This document shows, piece by piece, positions 31,485-41,082 of a stretch of 64,000 bases of DNA. A program made the position numbers and the translations under genes. Position 1 is the stretch's first letter; each line of letters opens with the position of its first letter. Source of the stretch: an uncultured Eubacteriales bacterium (GTDB taxonomy: Bacteria; Bacillota; Clostridia; Oscillospirales; Acutalibacteraceae); contig ONSY01000077.1 of NCBI GenBank assembly GCA_900320605.1, positions 9,035 to 73,034 of the forward strand, written 5' to 3'. Under the pieces are notes generated by a model. It ran no database searches. It was given only the letters and a program-made list of their open reading frames with translations, and was not told where the DNA came from.

Positions 31485-32999
31485 ATGAAATATCTGATTG
31501 GTATCGACCTTGGAACATCTGCAACAAAAACGGTACTTTTCGATGATCAGTGCCGTGTCGTTGCTTCGGCTTCTGAGGAATATCCGCTTTATCAGCCGAA
31601 GAACGGCTGGGCTGAGCAGGATCCTCTTGACTGGTGGAATGCTGCTGCCCGTACATCAAAACAGGTTATTGAAGAATCTGGAATTGATCCGAAAGCGATT
31701 GCTGGAATCGGAATCTCCGGACAGATGCATGGACTTGTAATGCTTGATAAAGACGGAAACGTCCTGCGCAGATCGATCATCTGGTGTGATCAGAGAACCG
31801 ATAAAGAGTGTGAAGAGATCACAGAACTGGTCGGCAGAAAACGTCTGATCGAAATCACTGCAAATCCTGTACTTCCCGGATTTACCGCGCCGAAGATTCT
31901 CTGGGTTCGCAAGAACGAGCCGGAAATCTATGCGAAATGCGCACACATTCTTCTTCCGAAGGATTATGTTCGTTATATGCTTACCGGTGAGTTTGCGACA
32001 GAAGTATCAGATGCTTCCGGCATGTCACTGTTGGATGTTCCGAATCGCTGCTGGAGTGATGAAGTTCTTGAGAAACTCGATATTGACAAGAGCCTCCTTG
32101 CTAAGGTCTATGAATCACCTGATATCACTGGCAAAGTAACAGCGAAGGCCGCTGCTCTGACTGGTCTCGCGGAAGGAACACCTGTTGTCGGCGGTGCCGG
32201 AGATAACGCTGCAGCTGCGGTTGGTACCGGTGTTGTTGAAGAAGGAAAGGCTTTTACAACTCTTGGCACATCCGGTGTTGTATTTGCACATTCCGATTCC
32301 GTAACGATTGACCCTGAGGGAAGAGTTCATACTTTTTGCTCCGCTGTTCCGGGCTGCTGGACTGTAATGAGCTGTGCTCTCGCTTCCGGTCTTTCTCTCA
32401 AATGGTTCCGTGACAACTTCTTCACCTCTGAAATGGAAACAGCTGTCGGTATGGGAGTCGATCCTTACTACCTGATGGACAAGGAAGCGGAAAAAATCGA
32501 GATCGGCGCAGATCGTCTTATTTATCTGCCTCATCTCATGGGTGAACGCTATGATCCCTATGCCCGTGGTGTTTTCTTTGGATTGTCCGCAATTCACACG
32601 AAATATAACATGCTTCGTGCCGTTCTGGAAGGCGTTATTTATTCACAGCGTGAATTCCTTGATATCCTTCGTGGGATGGGTGTCGTCTCTACGTCTATGC
32701 TTGCATGCGGCGGCGGCGGAACGAGCAAAATCTGGCGTCAGATGATGGCGGATGTTTATGATCTTCCTGTTCAGACTGTACAGAATAAGGAAGGCCCCGC
32801 GCTCGGCGTCGCAATTCTTGCCGGTGTTGGTACTGGTGTTTTCGAAAGTGTTCCTGAAGCCTGCCGTAAGTTCATTGGCCTTAACGAGCCTCAGGCTCCG
32901 ATTGCTGAGAACGTAGAGCGCTATAAGGAATTCTATGATATCTATTACGATATTAACCATACCTTGACTCCGCAGTTCAAAAAACTGCAGAGTCTGTGA
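31485..32999 (+). CDS. xylB: Xylulokinase (FGGY carbohydrate kinase)
   Basis: MKYLIGIDLGTSATKTVLF..., GISGQMHGLV and LLPKDYVRYMLTG are colinear with XylB. No xylA in the window. Confidence 0.85.
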   Translation: MKYLIGIDLGTSATKTVLFDDQCRVVASASEEYPLYQPKNGWAEQDPLDWWNAAARTSKQVIEESGIDPKAIAGIGISGQMHGLVMLDKDGNVLRRSIIWCDQRTDKECEEITELVGRKRLIEITANPVLPGFTAPKILWVRKNEPEIYAKCAHILLPKDYVRYMLTGEFATEVSDASGMSLLDVPNRCWSDEVLEKLDIDKSLLAKVYESPDITGKVTAKAAALTGLAEGTPVVGGAGDNAAAAVGTGVVEEGKAFTTLGTSGVVFAHSDSVTIDPEGRVHTFCSAVPGCWTVMSCALASGLSLKWFRDNFFTSEMETAVGMGVDPYYLMDKEAEKIEIGADRLIYLPHLMGERYDPYARGVFFGLSAIHTKYNMLRAVLEGVIYSQREFLDILRGMGVVSTSMLACGGGGTSKIWRQMMADVYDLPVQTVQNKEGPALGVAILAGVGTGVFESVPEACRKFIGLNEPQAPIAENVERYKEFYDIYYDINHTLTPQFKKLQSL

Positions 33000-33015
33000 T
33001 GAAAGGAGCATTTCT

Positions 33016-33645
33016 ATGAAAATTAAAAGTGTATTTGATTCTGAGTTTGCGCAATATGGCAAAATCCTGGAAGGCTACGATTTCACAGATCTTTTAAACA
33101 AACTTGACGAAGTGACAGACTGCCCGAAAGATGCAACCCTTTATTTCCCCGGAGTTGATGAGCTTGAAGCTCTTCCGATTGCGAAGACGATTTCCGATAA
33201 CATCTACGGCGGAATGCCGGTACAGATAGGTTGCTGCAACGGCTTTAATAAAAAGCTTAACTGCCTCGAATATCATCGCGACAGTGAAATCGATATCGCT
33301 TCCAACGATGTAATTCTTCTTCTGGCTTCACAGCAAAAGATTAAAGACAGCAAGCTTTCCACTTCTGAGGTTGAGGCGTTCCTGCTTCCGAAGGGGTATG
33401 CCGCTGAACTCTATGCAACGTCGCTGCATTACGCTCCGGTTTGTCCTGAAGGTGCTGATGGATTCCGTGTTGTCATTGTCCTTCCGAAGGGAACCAATAC
33501 TGATAAACCCGAAATCGAAATCAAAAATGCTGAAGACAAAATGCTTTTCGCCCGCAACAAATGGCTGATTGCTCATCCGGATGCTTCTGAAGCTTCTCAG
33601 GGTGCTGTTGTCGGTCTCGAAGGCGAGAATATTACTCTTGCGTGA
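33016..33645 (+). CDS. DUF4867-like (cupin-like) protein
   Basis: 209 aa, translationally close to xylB. Assigned from recall of the family N-terminus and size, so tentative. Confidence 0.5.
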   Translation: MKIKSVFDSEFAQYGKILEGYDFTDLLNKLDEVTDCPKDATLYFPGVDELEALPIAKTISDNIYGGMPVQIGCCNGFNKKLNCLEYHRDSEIDIASNDVILLLASQQKIKDSKLSTSEVEAFLLPKGYAAELYATSLHYAPVCPEGADGFRVVIVLPKGTNTDKPEIEIKNAEDKMLFARNKWLIAHPDASEASQGAVVGLEGENITLA

Positions 33646-33670
33646 TTTGTTAATTAATACATCTGTGAAT

Positions 33671-33698
33671 AAAAGGCGCCACATTAGGCGCCTTTTAT
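33671..33698 (+). terminator. Rho-independent terminator
   Basis: AAAAGGCGCC / GGCGCCTTTT around the loop ACATTA. Confidence 0.85.
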
Positions 33699-33733
33699 TG
33701 TAATGAAGCGTTGGAAAGATAAGGGAAAACAAT

Positions 33734-34758
33734 ATGAAGAAAACCGCTGTAATGTTTTTAACATTTGTAATATCCATGCTGTTTATAGCGTGCGGTGAAA
33801 AAACAAAAACGACACTTATGAATTGAAACAGGCAAGCATCAATATAACATCCGGCGGAGCAAAGGTCTGTATTCTTGGAGATGATGTATTTACAGTCACA
33901 TCGGAAGGAATTAAAAAATTCAGTCTAAATAGTGGCTCATTCGAAACTGCTGATTTATTTACAACGGATTTCTATTCCGATATATGTGCTTTTTCCGGGA
34001 AAATATATGCTATCAGTGATATTATAAACGGAGTGCAAAAACTCGTTGTAATAGATCCAAAAGGTGGAGAAACGAGTATACTGAGAGAATTTAATTCAGA
34101 GTATGGTTCAGTGTGGTTCAAAAACATTATCGGAGACACTCTTTATGTTTATGACAACGGTTTGATTTATGCAGTAGACCGAGACGGTTCTGTTCAATAC
34201 ACCGGATATAACGATCCTGCTATGATCTGTGAAGAAGGTGTTTTTACCAATACAGATTTAAATAACCACACTGGTTTTATGTTTGTTCCTGATGATAAAA
34301 AAAGCGGAACGGTCATCGAATATCACGAATTGGAAGGCAGGCCTGTAAATGCTAGTTTCATCAATGACTCGAAAGTGTTTATTGTTGTTGATCAATTCAG
34401 ACCGGCATTTGTTACATTGGGCGATCCTTCAGGAAAGGTGACTTACCTTGATATCAGAACGGAAGAAAAAGAAATAAAGAATAGTGACATTGTTTCTTTA
34501 AGCTACCTCCGGGTTACCGAACAGCTAATCATCAGCGTTGCTGAATATGAACCTGACACGAATATGTGGAATTGGGATGTCTTCTCCAATAATCTTGATT
34601 CTCATGGATCAGTAATCAGTGGGGGAAGGAAGTATTTCCATTTTGAAAATGAAACGTTACCGCTGTGCTGGGTTTCCGCGTTGGATTATCATTTGTTTGC
34701 AAGCGGTATTGATGGTGTCCGTGAAGAATGGTATCCATTAATGGATGGAATGAAATAA
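33734..34758 (+). pseudogene. Lipoprotein gene split by a one-base frame change in an A-tract (signal peptide 33734-33826; body frame open 33799-34758)
   Basis: MKKTAVMFLTFVISMLFIACGEK... (lipobox IAC, SD AAGGGA) stops at TGA 33824-33826. The 311-aa ORF lies in the -1 frame and is open from just after GGTGAAAAAACAAAAAC. Confidence 0.6.
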
Positions 34759-34789
34759 AAACAAATAATTGAAATTAGATGTGGATGTA

Positions 34790-34826
34790 AAAAGAAAGCC
34801 GCAGCTGAAAAGCTGCGGCTTTCTGG
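34790..34826. terminator. Bidirectional terminator between the lipoprotein gene and hsp20
   Basis: GAAAGCCGCAGCT / AGCTGCGGCTTTC 13-bp stem with loop GAAA. Confidence 0.85.
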
Positions 34827-34836
34827 TGGTTTTAGT

Positions 34837-35283
34837 TTATTGCAGTTCAATTCTGCGGGAAGCGGGTACCTCTTTGGTCTTCTTCGGAAGATTCAAAGTT
34901 AAGACACCATCTTCGTATTTTGCTGTGATATCCTCGGATTTTACATCGCTCAGATCAAAAGATCTGCTGTAAGAGCCATAGGAACGTTCGCAGCGTAAAT
35001 ACTTGCCATTTTTCTCCTTGTCCTCATGTTCACTGTGACGTTCTGCAGAAAGGGTCAGGATATTATCGGAAACATCAAGGTGAATGTCTTCCTTTTTGAA
35101 GCCCGGAAGATCTGCTTCAATCTTATAGGAATCACCTTCGTCAGTAATATCAGTCTTAAAGGATGCGAGCGACGAACGATCAAAACGAGGGAAGAAGTCT
35201 CCAAAGAAATTTCTTTCAAAATTGTCCAGTTCCTGGAATGGGTTATAAGTCGTAAGGCCATTATTATTTCTACGTGTTAACAT
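34837..35283 (-). CDS. Hsp20/alpha-crystallin small heat-shock protein
   Basis: Alpha-crystallin domain (DITDEGDSYKIEADLPGFKKEDIHLDV...GVLTLNLPK). Start at the ATG at 35283, which follows GGAGG. Confidence 0.9.
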   Translation of the reverse strand: MLTRRNNNGLTTYNPFQELDNFERNFFGDFFPRFDRSSLASFKTDITDEGDSYKIEADLPGFKKEDIHLDVSDNILTLSAERHSEHEDKEKNGKYLRCERSYGSYSRSFDLSDVKSEDITAKYEDGVLTLNLPKKTKEVPASRRIELQ

Positions 35284-35538
35284 GATACATACCTCCATAA
35301 ATCAATTGAAATTTGTATTGCGGGTTCGCTTGATTTATTTGCGCGAAGTGAAGGCTGAAGGCGCATTAAAATGATACTGCATTGGGATCACCCTCCAATT
35401 GTTTTGCTGGCGAAAAGTAATTCGATTAACAGACGAATCTGGAATTAATGTTTCGTTGTCTGTTCCATTTCTCTTTTTCGTTCTTACAAATATATTATAA
35501 CACTCATTTTCAAAAGATCATGAACAAATTGTAAACAA

Positions 35539-35565
35539 TTAGCACTAAATATGTTAATATGCTAA
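35539..35565. promoter_or_regulatory. CIRCE-like 9-N9-9 inverted repeat (degenerate)
   Basis: TTAGCACTA-N9-ATATGCTAA against consensus TTAGCACTC-N9-GAGTGCTAA (8/9 and 6/9 matches). Lies about 255 nt upstream of hsp20, between hsp20 and the divergent YitT-like gene. Confidence 0.35.
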
Positions 35566-35740
35566 ATTGTTTCCTCGTCGAACTAAATGGCATCGATTGT
35601 CTTCAGGGTTACATTAAATATGACTGCATTACCTAAAATTATTTATCATGACGATTAAGAATATGAGTTATAAAGAACCGCTGGAGTGATTGAATGTTTT
35701 CTGAGCAATTGTTAAAATAGAAAGGAAAGAAGGGATTGCT

Positions 35741-36634
35741 TTGAAACCATATGATAAAGCTTGGAAGCGCTTTATGGTTACTACACTCTGTATTATTTCA
35801 GGAAATGCACTTCTGGCATTTTTGGTTGCTGCATTTATCATACCGCATAACATTATTATGGGCGGTACCACGGGAATCGGTATTGTCCTTTCAAATCTTT
35901 TTCCTCAGCTTGACGTTTCACTGATTATTCTTATTCTCAACATCCTTTTACTGTTGCTAGGACTCTTCGTGCTTGGCAGAAAATTTGTGGTAACTACCAT
36001 AGCCAGTTCAGTGCTTTTCCCAGTTTTTCTTGGTGTATTTGAACGTATTCCGGGTATATCGGCACTAACGGAAAATCGACTGACTGCAGCAATTTTTGCC
36101 GGATGTCTGATGGGCGTTTCACTTGGAATGGTAATGCGGGTAGGTTCCTCTACGGGTGGAATGGACATTGTTACACTAATACTTAATAAAATCTTTCATC
36201 TTCCAGTTGCATTGTTCATTTATCTGATGGACGCGCTTGTAGTAGGCGGTCAGGCAGTTTTTGCTCCGACTGAAGACACACTTCTTGGAATCATTGTGCT
36301 CGTATTGGAGAGTATTATCCTGGATAAGGCAATGATTCTAGGGAAGTCACAGATTCAGCTCTATGTGATCTCTAAAAAATATGAAGAAATCCGCTCACTT
36401 CTTCTGAATAAACTTGAGGCAGGTGTTACCCTTTCACTGATCGAAACAGGGAGACTTGAAGAATCATTGAAAGGCGTTCTATGTGTAATTCCGCCGCGCA
36501 AGCTTTATGATGCTACGGAAATGATCCATTTCGTTGACCCTACCGCTTTCGTTACGGTAACTCAAATCAAAGAGGTGCGAGGCAGAGGGTTCACTGAACG
36601 TAGGGAATACATTCTAACAAAAGGAACTAAATAG
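35741..36634 (+). CDS. YitT-family membrane protein (with DUF2179-type C-terminal domain)
   Basis: TTG start after GAAAGGAAAGAAGGG; GGTTGIGIVL and SSTGGMDIV motifs. Confidence 0.75.
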   Translation: MKPYDKAWKRFMVTTLCIISGNALLAFLVAAFIIPHNIIMGGTTGIGIVLSNLFPQLDVSLIILILNILLLLLGLFVLGRKFVVTTIASSVLFPVFLGVFERIPGISALTENRLTAAIFAGCLMGVSLGMVMRVGSSTGGMDIVTLILNKIFHLPVALFIYLMDALVVGGQAVFAPTEDTLLGIIVLVLESIILDKAMILGKSQIQLYVISKKYEEIRSLLLNKLEAGVTLSLIETGRLEESLKGVLCVIPPRKLYDATEMIHFVDPTAFVTVTQIKEVRGRGFTERREYILTKGTK

Positions 36635-36674
36635 CCTTCATATATTAACTGAATTAATCATTCATCAATTAAAA

Positions 36675-36700
36675 TAGGCCGAAGCAGTTGCTTCGGCCTA
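36675..36700. terminator. Bidirectional terminator
   Basis: TAGGCCGAAGC / GCTTCGGCCTA 11-bp stem between convergent genes. Confidence 0.75.
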
Positions 36701-36729
36701 AATATTTATAAAAATTTGTTGTTTGGAAT

Positions 36730-37941
36730 TCAGTGAGTGTTCAATGAAGCAAGTTTTCTCTTCTTGATCTGATATGCTTCATACACGATGAAGATAAACA
36801 TTGAAGCGATCATTACAGCAGCGGTAACATAGAACATCGTTTCAAAGCTGGTATTATCGGCAACAGTTCCGCCCAATATCGGGCCCACAGTATTTCCTAC
36901 GTCCGCTCCGATATAATATGTGCTCGTCGCAATACCGACCTTAGCTGGGGAAACCTGTTTGATACAGGCTGATTGCAATGAGATCTGACCGCTGCCCTGA
37001 CCAAATGCTTTCATTGCAGCGGCGATGAGCAGTGGGACGAGCGAGAAAGAGCGACCGATCATTACCATACCGCCGGCAGTAACAATCAGGGAAGCCACAA
37101 CGACGAGCATCAGGGAGATGCGGTCAAAAAAGCGTCCGATAAAGGTGCGGATTACAAACATAACAGCGGCTACCACAGTAAAGAAGAGGGCATAGCTTTC
37201 AATTCCACGCTCGTTCAGAGCAAACTTTTCAAGATATGTATTTACAACGCCGTTTGTAAGGGAGAACATGCCGCCCGTCAGTGAATATACGATACATTCC
37301 ACAGCGATAAAGTCTTTAAGAGATATCTTTGTCTTCTCATTAGACTTCTGGACTTTTTCAGCTTTAAAAAATATAGCGACAAGTACAACACCGATCAGTG
37401 TACCAATGCCGATAGAGATAAACATCCATTTGTATCCGACGAGATCCTTAAGAGATTTTCCGACCGCAGGACCGAATGCCTGAGAGAGAATCTGTCCGAG
37501 TCCGAAGTACCCGAGCCCCTCACTCATTCTTTCTTTCGGGATGTATTCACTCGCCATTGCAAGATTAGCGGTGCCGTTAATGCCGAAAAGCATACCATGA
37601 ACGATACGTAAAGCGAGCATGAGACCAGGATTCGGTACAATTGCATAGAGAAGGTACATTCCGAAGATTCCGAATGTCGTATAAACGCAGATGTTCCGTT
37701 TCGAAAGCTTGTCGGCGGCGAATCCGGCAAAAGGACGCATTAGGAGCGCAGCAAGTGAGTATGCACCTGTGATTACACCGGCAAAGGATAGGGTAGACCC
37801 AAGAATGTCTGTTGAATACGAAGCGACCTGCGTTGTGATCATACTGTATCCGAATCCGTTGATCAAACTTAGGATCATTAATAAAATGAAGTGTTTGTTG
37901 AAGATACCCTTAGGCTTCTCTCTGACTGTAGAATCCGCCAT
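36730..37941 (-). CDS. MFS transporter
   Basis: 12 predicted TM helices; GFAADKLSKR motif-A-like loop. Start at the ATG at 37941, 9 nt after GGAAAGG. Confidence 0.85.
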   Translation of the reverse strand: MADSTVREKPKGIFNKHFILLMILSLINGFGYSMITTQVASYSTDILGSTLSFAGVITGAYSLAALLMRPFAGFAADKLSKRNICVYTTFGIFGMYLLYAIVPNPGLMLALRIVHGMLFGINGTANLAMASEYIPKERMSEGLGYFGLGQILSQAFGPAVGKSLKDLVGYKWMFISIGIGTLIGVVLVAIFFKAEKVQKSNEKTKISLKDFIAVECIVYSLTGGMFSLTNGVVNTYLEKFALNERGIESYALFFTVVAAVMFVIRTFIGRFFDRISLMLVVVASLIVTAGGMVMIGRSFSLVPLLIAAAMKAFGQGSGQISLQSACIKQVSPAKVGIATSTYYIGADVGNTVGPILGGTVADNTSFETMFYVTAAVMIASMFIFIVYEAYQIKKRKLASLNTH

Positions 37942-38138
37942 AACATCGCGCCTTTCCAATGAATAAATTTCCAAATAACAAAAAAGATCGGCTCACAAAA
38001 AAAGCCGAATCTAATCAGCTATTTTTAATCATAATATATCCTGATTCGGATGTCAAATGAATTTTTATTAAGACGGTAAACGGCGTTCAGATAATAGAAT
38101 TAATTACTAAATCGTTTTTGTATTCTCGGTGTGAATTG

Positions 38139-38167
38139 TTGACTTTTCAGAGACGGAATGAGATAAT
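38139..38167 (+). promoter_or_regulatory. Promoter of the esterase pair
   Basis: TTGACT, 17-nt spacer, GATAAT. Confidence 0.55.
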
Positions 38168-38255
38168 TATTTCAATGAATCCTCTTTAAAAACCGCATCA
38201 AGCGGTACGATGGAGCAATGCTTACACGAAACTTATATGGAAAGAAGGAATCAGT

Positions 38256-39404
38256 TTGATCTACAATCGTAACGAAGCACTGGAATCCGATGCATTGTAT
38301 TTTGATGCAGCACGTCTGAAAATGGCGCTATTTACCGATGAACATGGAAACAAAGGACCGCGTCACGTATTTGAACGTCCCGGTGTGAAAGTCGAGGATA
38401 ACGGTGATGTGACGTTCTGTATTTTTGCTCCGGATGCGGAGAATGCTGAAGTATGCGGTATCGGCGGCTATATGGGAACAGAACGCCATAAGATGGAAAA
38501 AGATGAACAGGGATATTTTACCGTCCGAGTTTCCGGAATACCAGCCGGCTATCATTATCACGAGTATTATCTCGATGGAAACAGTGTGATAAATCCGCAG
38601 GCTCCGATTGGATATGGGTGTCACAGACTGATTAACTTCTTTGAAAAAGCTGAGGATGATTTCTATCTGATTAAAAACGTTCCGCACGGTACGATCCGTA
38701 TGGAACTGTTCAAATCTGAAGAAACAGGAAAAACACGTTCAGTCTGGATCTATACACCTCCAAAATATGAAGAGAAACCGGAAAAACGTTATCCTGTTCT
38801 GTATCTGAACCATGGAGGCGGCGAAAACGAAACCGGTTGGATCTGGCAGGGGAAAATCAACAATATTGCGGATAATATGCTCGCTGCTGGTGAATGCCGT
38901 GAAATGCTGATTGTTATGAATTGTCTTTACTGCGTGGATGAGCGAAAGAATAATGCGTTTCTTGCAGGAGACTTCGATTCTATGCTGATGAACGACTGTA
39001 TTCCCTTTATTGAAAAGAAATATCGTGTTCTGCCTGGAAATGAAAACCGTGCAATCGCCGGTCTTTCCATGGGAAGCTATCACAGTTTAATGACTGCAAT
39101 GAAGCATCTCGGCTATTTCCGGTCGTTCGGAATCTTTTCCGGAGCTCTTACAAGAAGATGGTACTGCGATTTCGATTATTACAAGGATTTTGCGGATGTG
39201 GATAATTTCAATGAAAAAACCGACCTTTTCTTCCTTGGGTACGGAACCGATGAGGCAAACATCATATCCGGTCTTGAGCCGGATCTCAAACGGTTTGATG
39301 AGACAGGTCTTCATTACGTGAAATACACTACACCTGGTTATCATGAATGGACGGTCTGGCGAAATTGTGTCAGAGAATTCATGCGCTTGCTGTTTGTCAA
39401 ATAA
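38256..39404 (+). CDS. Esterase-D/CE1-type alpha/beta hydrolase with N-terminal Ig-like (E-set) domain
   Basis: YPVLYLNHGGGENETGW and the nucleophile elbow GLSMGS; likely a feruloyl/acetyl-xylan-type esterase. Confidence 0.75.
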   Translation: MIYNRNEALESDALYFDAARLKMALFTDEHGNKGPRHVFERPGVKVEDNGDVTFCIFAPDAENAEVCGIGGYMGTERHKMEKDEQGYFTVRVSGIPAGYHYHEYYLDGNSVINPQAPIGYGCHRLINFFEKAEDDFYLIKNVPHGTIRMELFKSEETGKTRSVWIYTPPKYEEKPEKRYPVLYLNHGGGENETGWIWQGKINNIADNMLAAGECREMLIVMNCLYCVDERKNNAFLAGDFDSMLMNDCIPFIEKKYRVLPGNENRAIAGLSMGSYHSLMTAMKHLGYFRSFGIFSGALTRRWYCDFDYYKDFADVDNFNEKTDLFFLGYGTDEANIISGLEPDLKRFDETGLHYVKYTTPGYHEWTVWRNCVREFMRLLFVK

Positions 39405-39428
39405 TTAAAACTTTGATGGAGGATCAAT

Positions 39429-40964
39429 ATGCTTAGAGAAACAATTACCGAAAACGGGCGTGTACGCGGACTAACCGGAACGGACGCGAGAATCACAGTT
39501 TACAAGGGAATTCCTTATGCTGCACCGCCGGTAGGCAGTAATCGCTGGAGAGCACCGCAGAAAGCTGAAAACTGGGAAGGAATCAGAGACTGTTTTGAGT
39601 TTGCTCCGATTAACATGCAGCGTACTCCAGGAAAAGATCCAAATGCGTTTTATTCGAAAGAATGGCATGTCGATCCTGACGTGCCAATGAGTGAAGACAG
39701 CCTTTATCTCAATATTTGGACACCTGCAAAATCCACAGATGAAAATCTTCCTGTAATGGTTTGGATTTTCGGAGGCGGCTTCCAGGAAGGCTATTCCTGG
39801 GAAATGGAATTTGACGGTGAACGGATTGCCTCTCGAGGTGTAATCCTTGTTTCTATCGGATACCGTCTCAATGTATTCGGTTTTCTGTCGCATCCGGAGC
39901 TTACTGCAGAAGATCCGGAAAATCCAACAAATTTCGGTTTGCTGGATCAGCTTGCTGCGATAAAATGGGTTGGCAGGAATATTCAGAATTTCGGCGGAGA
40001 TCCGAACAATATTACAATATTCGGTCAGTCTGCTGGCGGTGATGGCGTTTATGCTCATCTTTGCTCACCACGTTCAAAAGGCGCATTCCAAAAAGGTATT
40101 GTGGAATCAAACGGCGGATTCCGTTACCCATATCCGAAGAATTTCCTCGGTGTTCCGCGTGAGACGCTTTCTCAGGCAGAGGCGAAGGGAGTTCGCTTCC
40201 TTGAGTATCTCGGTGTTTCTTCGATCGAGGAGGCAAGAAAACTGGACGCACAGTATCTCGAAGACAAACAGCATGAATTTAACCTTTTTGCTATTCCGGT
40301 TGTTGATGGTAAGTTCCTGGTGAGGGATATGCCTCAGACAGTACGATTCGGTGAAATGAACGATATCCCTTTCATGATCGGGAATACTGTTGATGAGTTT
40401 CCTGTCGGTCCCTCAGGAGACAGCGAAGAGGAAATTCGTTCCTGGGCAAAAGAGAATTTCGGCAGTAAAGCGGAAGAGTTCATGGAGATTATTAAGCGTG
40501 AAGCCGCGAATGAAGGTAAGAGTCTAAAAGAAGCTGCAACCATTTCATCTTTCGAGATCGGTGCTCAGTTAGCTCTTCATTATATGGTACAGCACGGTTA
40601 TGATCCGTATTATTATCGCTTTGATCCGACTGTTCCTGGAGATGATAATCCGGGAGCCTATCATTCATGTGATCTGTGGTTCGAGTTTGAGACCCTGATG
40701 AAATGCTGGCGTCCCTTTGATGGCCACCATTATGACCTGTCCCGCAAGATGTGCAATTACTGGACCAATTTTGCGAAAACAGGCGATCCGAATGGAGTCG
40801 ACAGTGATGGAAAGCCGATGCCGAGGTGGGAAAAGGTTTCGAAAAATCAGAAGACTTATCTGAAGTTTTTTGATGAGATATCTGTCAGTGATGAGGTATC
40901 CGAGAAACTTCGTTTTCTTCTGAATCTCAATCTGCAGTTTTTTGAGGATGGGAATTCGATTTAA
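39429..40964 (+). CDS. Type-B carboxylesterase (PnbA-like)
   Basis: GIPYAAPPVGSNRWRAP, EDSLYLNIW, WIFGGGF and the nucleophile FGQSAGG. Confidence 0.9.
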   Translation: MLRETITENGRVRGLTGTDARITVYKGIPYAAPPVGSNRWRAPQKAENWEGIRDCFEFAPINMQRTPGKDPNAFYSKEWHVDPDVPMSEDSLYLNIWTPAKSTDENLPVMVWIFGGGFQEGYSWEMEFDGERIASRGVILVSIGYRLNVFGFLSHPELTAEDPENPTNFGLLDQLAAIKWVGRNIQNFGGDPNNITIFGQSAGGDGVYAHLCSPRSKGAFQKGIVESNGGFRYPYPKNFLGVPRETLSQAEAKGVRFLEYLGVSSIEEARKLDAQYLEDKQHEFNLFAIPVVDGKFLVRDMPQTVRFGEMNDIPFMIGNTVDEFPVGPSGDSEEEIRSWAKENFGSKAEEFMEIIKREAANEGKSLKEAATISSFEIGAQLALHYMVQHGYDPYYYRFDPTVPGDDNPGAYHSCDLWFEFETLMKCWRPFDGHHYDLSRKMCNYWTNFAKTGDPNGVDSDGKPMPRWEKVSKNQKTYLKFFDEISVSDEVSEKLRFLLNLNLQFFEDGNSI

Positions 40965-41040
40965 AGCCTATCGTTGAGTGGTTTCCTAAAAAACATATAG
41001 ATTGACAAAAGATTTTCAACAGTGATTATCCGAAACATGA

Positions 41041-41082
41041 AAAGGCCTGATATCTGTAAATAAGCGGATATCAGGTCTTTAT
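41041..41082. terminator. Terminator hairpin after the carboxylesterase gene
   Basis: AGGCCTGATATC / GATATCAGGTCT: 12 bp including one G-U pair, 12-nt loop, then TTT. Confidence 0.7.
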
